Both the position numbers and the translations under genes were made by a program. Positions 60,777 to 64,000 of a stretch of DNA of 64,000 bases are shown here, piece after piece. Origin of the DNA: Lingula anatina (Eukaryota > Animalia > Brachiopoda). Position 1 is the stretch's first letter, and each line of letters opens with the position of its first letter. The stretch spans positions 64,892,788 through 64,956,787 of the forward strand of contig CM120640.1 of NCBI GenBank assembly GCA_051362555.1. Direction: 5' to 3'. Under the pieces are notes generated by a model. It was not told where the DNA came from. It saw nothing but the letters and a program-made list of their open reading frames with translations, and did no database searches.

Positions 60777-62083
60777 CAGACTTTACGAAAGGCCAAAAAA
60801 TATGTCAGACATTCGGTCTGACAAGCTTGAAAATTCTGTCAGACCGAAACAAAATCTGTCAGACCGAAGTAAAATAATAGAAATATGAACCATTATTCAT
60901 GTTTTCATGTGTATTTTCTAACGTTTTAAATCACTGACATTTAATCAAATATTAATTTTTTGAAATATATTTATTTGTAAAAAAGTAAAATAAGAAAGAA
61001 AAAAATAGGCAAAAAATTACTTGCATAATAAGTTGTTTTTTATTTAATGAAAAAGACGCTGTGGAATGACACAAGGACTAAAAACAATACAAGTATGAAG
61101 AATGTGTAGCTAGTAATATCAAATGTATGTCCATAAAAAACGTCTGTTAATCAGATAACCATTTCACACGTTGTTTTTGGCAATAACATATGCATTTTGA
61201 AACAGCACAGTAAGGCAGTCTCTTTCATCCAATTGAAGCTTTGACAGGGACTGTCCAGTCCGAGTCTAAGATCCTTTTTCATTTTATTATTTTTTTTTTA
61301 TATAAAAAGAAACTCAAACTGTGAGCTTTCATCAAGTTCATGTGCACTTTTTCCAACTCGTGATGAACGGTACATGCAAATACGTACATATGTTCCATAA
61401 TTTAAGAACCCGTAGTAAAGCTGTCACATTTATGTTGCTATTGATCAAAATGATAACTTTAGTACTCCTGTCACTCGGCACACACTATTTTCCTCTCCTA
61501 CAGATCACAAGTCCACCAGGGCCTACCTTCTTTCCAATTTTATTAAACTTCCGTTTCTCTTCTTCACTTCGTTTTCATTTTTGCCACGCTTTACACCAAC
61601 GAAGTGTTTAAAGTTCAACAACGTCATTTTCTAAGCAAAAGGCTTATCCAGGAGTACTGTGTACGACTGATAATGAAGAAACAGAGGATCAAGTCGGTAA
61701 AAACGCAAATAGCACGAGCACATGTGTTGCAGCCATTTTGTTGTGTAGGGTATCACGAAAACGAAAACGAGACTGTACATTACATCATTCAGGAACTCCC
61801 CAACCTCAGCCAGTCATAAAATAGTATTTGTGAGTGAAACTGAGGTTTATAAATTATGTATAATTAGCTGGGAACTCCCCGAGATTTTCACCCCGTCTCT
61901 CTTTTCGAATGAAGTAAAACATATTGTCCAGAAAAGAAACAAAAACGTATTCCTTATATTTACACATTCCCAGTCAGTTTGAAAACTCGCCGGACATAAG
62001 GTCCGACGATACAGGATTTTGTATCGGACCGAGACGAAATTTGCCAGGCATGTCCGACGGTCCGACGCCTTTCGTAAAGTCTG
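60777..62083. mobile_element. Non-autonomous DNA transposon, 17-bp TIR, 6-bp TSD (hAT-like)
   Basis: AGGTAT|CAGACTTTACGAAAGGC ... GCCTTTCGTAAAGTCTG|AGGTAT; subterminal TCAGAC/TCCGAC repeats at both ends. Confidence 0.8.
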
Positions 62084-63602
62084 AGGTATTAGTAGCAAAC
62101 TTTATCAGATAACAATCTGACACTAGCCAAGCTGCACTATAAAAGCGCTGTAAACTCAGTTATCAATGCTGTCATCTTTACCTGTATCTTTACCGGTATT
62201 ATGCCAGTGGTACGTTTGATACATTTGAGTAAGGCAACATGCTTTAATGCTTATGTTCATTTGTAATACTGAATGGGCATAGAAAGAACAAAGTGAGTCT
62301 TCCTCCCATTAAAAAATGAAAAATGAAAATAAATAAATAAAAAACAGATACTGTCATTCTTAATACTGAAAAACAATGGCACCTTGCAGCCTTCACTGCC
62401 TCAGTATTTGCAGACAATGTTCTAGTCACTGTAACTGTGTACTTTTGATGAGGCATAGATGCAAGAATAACTTCTTTGAAGTACATGTATATTGTGAAGG
62501 TCTCTTTTGTCATAAATCTGCCATGTATAACCCGAATGTACAACGATTCACACCGCAGCAGCTTGTCTTAGTAAGGACTCAACCAGTTTGAAAACTTGTG
62601 GCATAGCTTCAGGGACAAGATCACACCATCTATCCTTGCTGTGATGATGGATCTACTAGTACATTATCTATGTCTTGTCGTCCTAGTTTCTCTAATACCA
62701 TTTCCCCTGATCTATGCTCACATCAATCTCTATAGCTTTACCAACTGCTACACAGTTTTTACATCTGAAAGTATAAAGCAAAAATTGTAATAAAGCACTA
62801 TCAATTTACTTGTTAGATATTGATTTGAGGGCAAGAGAAAAATGCAGAAACCTCATATCATAATCAAGATAATTGAAAGTCAAATATGCATAATCAAATT
62901 AATAGCTTTAATTGTACATACTACTGATAATTTAATCTTTTAAACAGCATAAATTTCTCTTGTTAAAGCATAGCCACTTTATCAAAATGTGCTTGAAAAA
63001 ATAATAATGATAATAATGATAATAATAATAAACAACCTGCACACAAGATGGAACATGGAGGTCAATTGCCACAAAATAAGTTGATTTGTACTGTACTTGG
63101 TAGCCTGAGAAATAGTATCAGGTATTAATTTGAGCAGTAAATTGAGTAATAATACCACAGAGTTAACAATGACACAAGCATATGGTGTTGTGTAACAAAA
63201 TTCATGCATTACTTGCTGTGGCAGTGTCCTCCTCAACCTATCGTGCACCGCAGGTTTTGATTTTCAATGTCATCAAAATTTTTTATTGTTGTTAGTTTAA
63301 TTTATGTATCTGCTATTCAAATAATATCCTTAGGAAAATAACTTTCTGATTTAATTATGCTTTTGCAACATGAAATTATCATTAACTTTGCCGGTTCACG
63401 TGTATACAGTACCTTGCAATCAGTGCTGCTCTATTCTCCCCAACTCGCCACTGACAGGCTAACCACATCGTTTCAAAACAACGTTGGTATGCTCCTTTAC
63501 TTTTGGTGTTGGCAGTTTCGCCCTGGGGACATCGTTTTTGGTTAAAAACAACGTATCGTTTTCACCCATCTATGCATTGCTCGTGTACAAAATGGCCGCT
63601 TG

Positions 63603-63605
<3 letters not shown>

Positions 63606-63638
<33 letters not shown>
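63606..63638. repeat. Poly-C homopolymer
   Basis: About 33 consecutive C. Confidence 0.9.
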
Positions 63639-63640
<2 letters not shown>

Positions 63641-63837
63641 GGGAAAAATCGTAGCACGTGGGTAGTTACGCAAGACCTGTGACGTATAACGCGCGCAAGG
63701 TTATTAGACAGAACGGAAGATGGAACAACAGCTTTTATTTTTTAGCTTTTGTGTGTTTTTATTATCGGTCATTACTATTATTTCTGACCCCACTCTCCTA
63801 ATATCGCAAGATCCGTGTACAAAAACGCTATCCATAC

Positions 63838-64000
63838 TTTTTATGTACAGACACAGATGTTACTGTACATATAACTGTCACCTGCGTCTGTCGTCGCCGT
63901 AGCAGTCGTCGCCGTGCACTTTCAGTAATAACACGATTGGAAACCATTGTCTTCAAACTTACAGAACCGATAATGTTCATCATTTCAGGCCAAGTTCCAA
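63838..64000 (+). mobile_element. Possible 5' end of another, older HINE-like element (runs off the window)
   Basis: T-run, hairpin ATGTACAG...CTGTACAT, then a GTCGTCGCCGT micro-repeat: the same layout as the other HINE copies but a different sequence. Confidence 0.3.

Overview
Eukaryotic (invertebrate animal, probably lophotrochozoan/mollusc-like; inferred from gene and repeat content only) genomic DNA with spliced genes. From left to right: (1) first coding exon of a PP1 catalytic subunit on the minus strand (1467-1521), which is absent from the ORF track. (2) Head-to-head with it, a 16-exon ANKRD55/inversin-like ankyrin-repeat gene with a long Pro/Gln/Gly-rich tail (+, 2059-20270, about 946 aa, all splice phases compatible). 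(3) A tandem cluster of three two-exon Shaw/Kv3-family K+ channel genes on the minus strand. All three replace the S6 PVP gate with T-[IV]-P and lose outer S4 charges (R1 to His/Asn; R2 to Gln in two, Lys in the third). Two lose the S2 counter-charge and one has a GYGE filter. (4) A three-exon secreted, stand-alone Frizzled-CRD gene (-, 59146-60068) whose only visible lesion is a TGA exactly at a conserved Cys. Repeats include three Helitron/Helentron (HINE-like) copies with 146-bp satellite arrays, a decayed Tc1, several palindromic MITEs, and a four-level nest (MITE > Ginger1-like foldback with CCGG TSD > Tc1 DD34E fragment > LINE 3' end). The best candidates for undescribed biology are the gate- and voltage-sensor-modified Shaw cluster and the CRD-only secreted Wnt-decoy gene. 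No database searches were run; family calls rest on recognised motifs.
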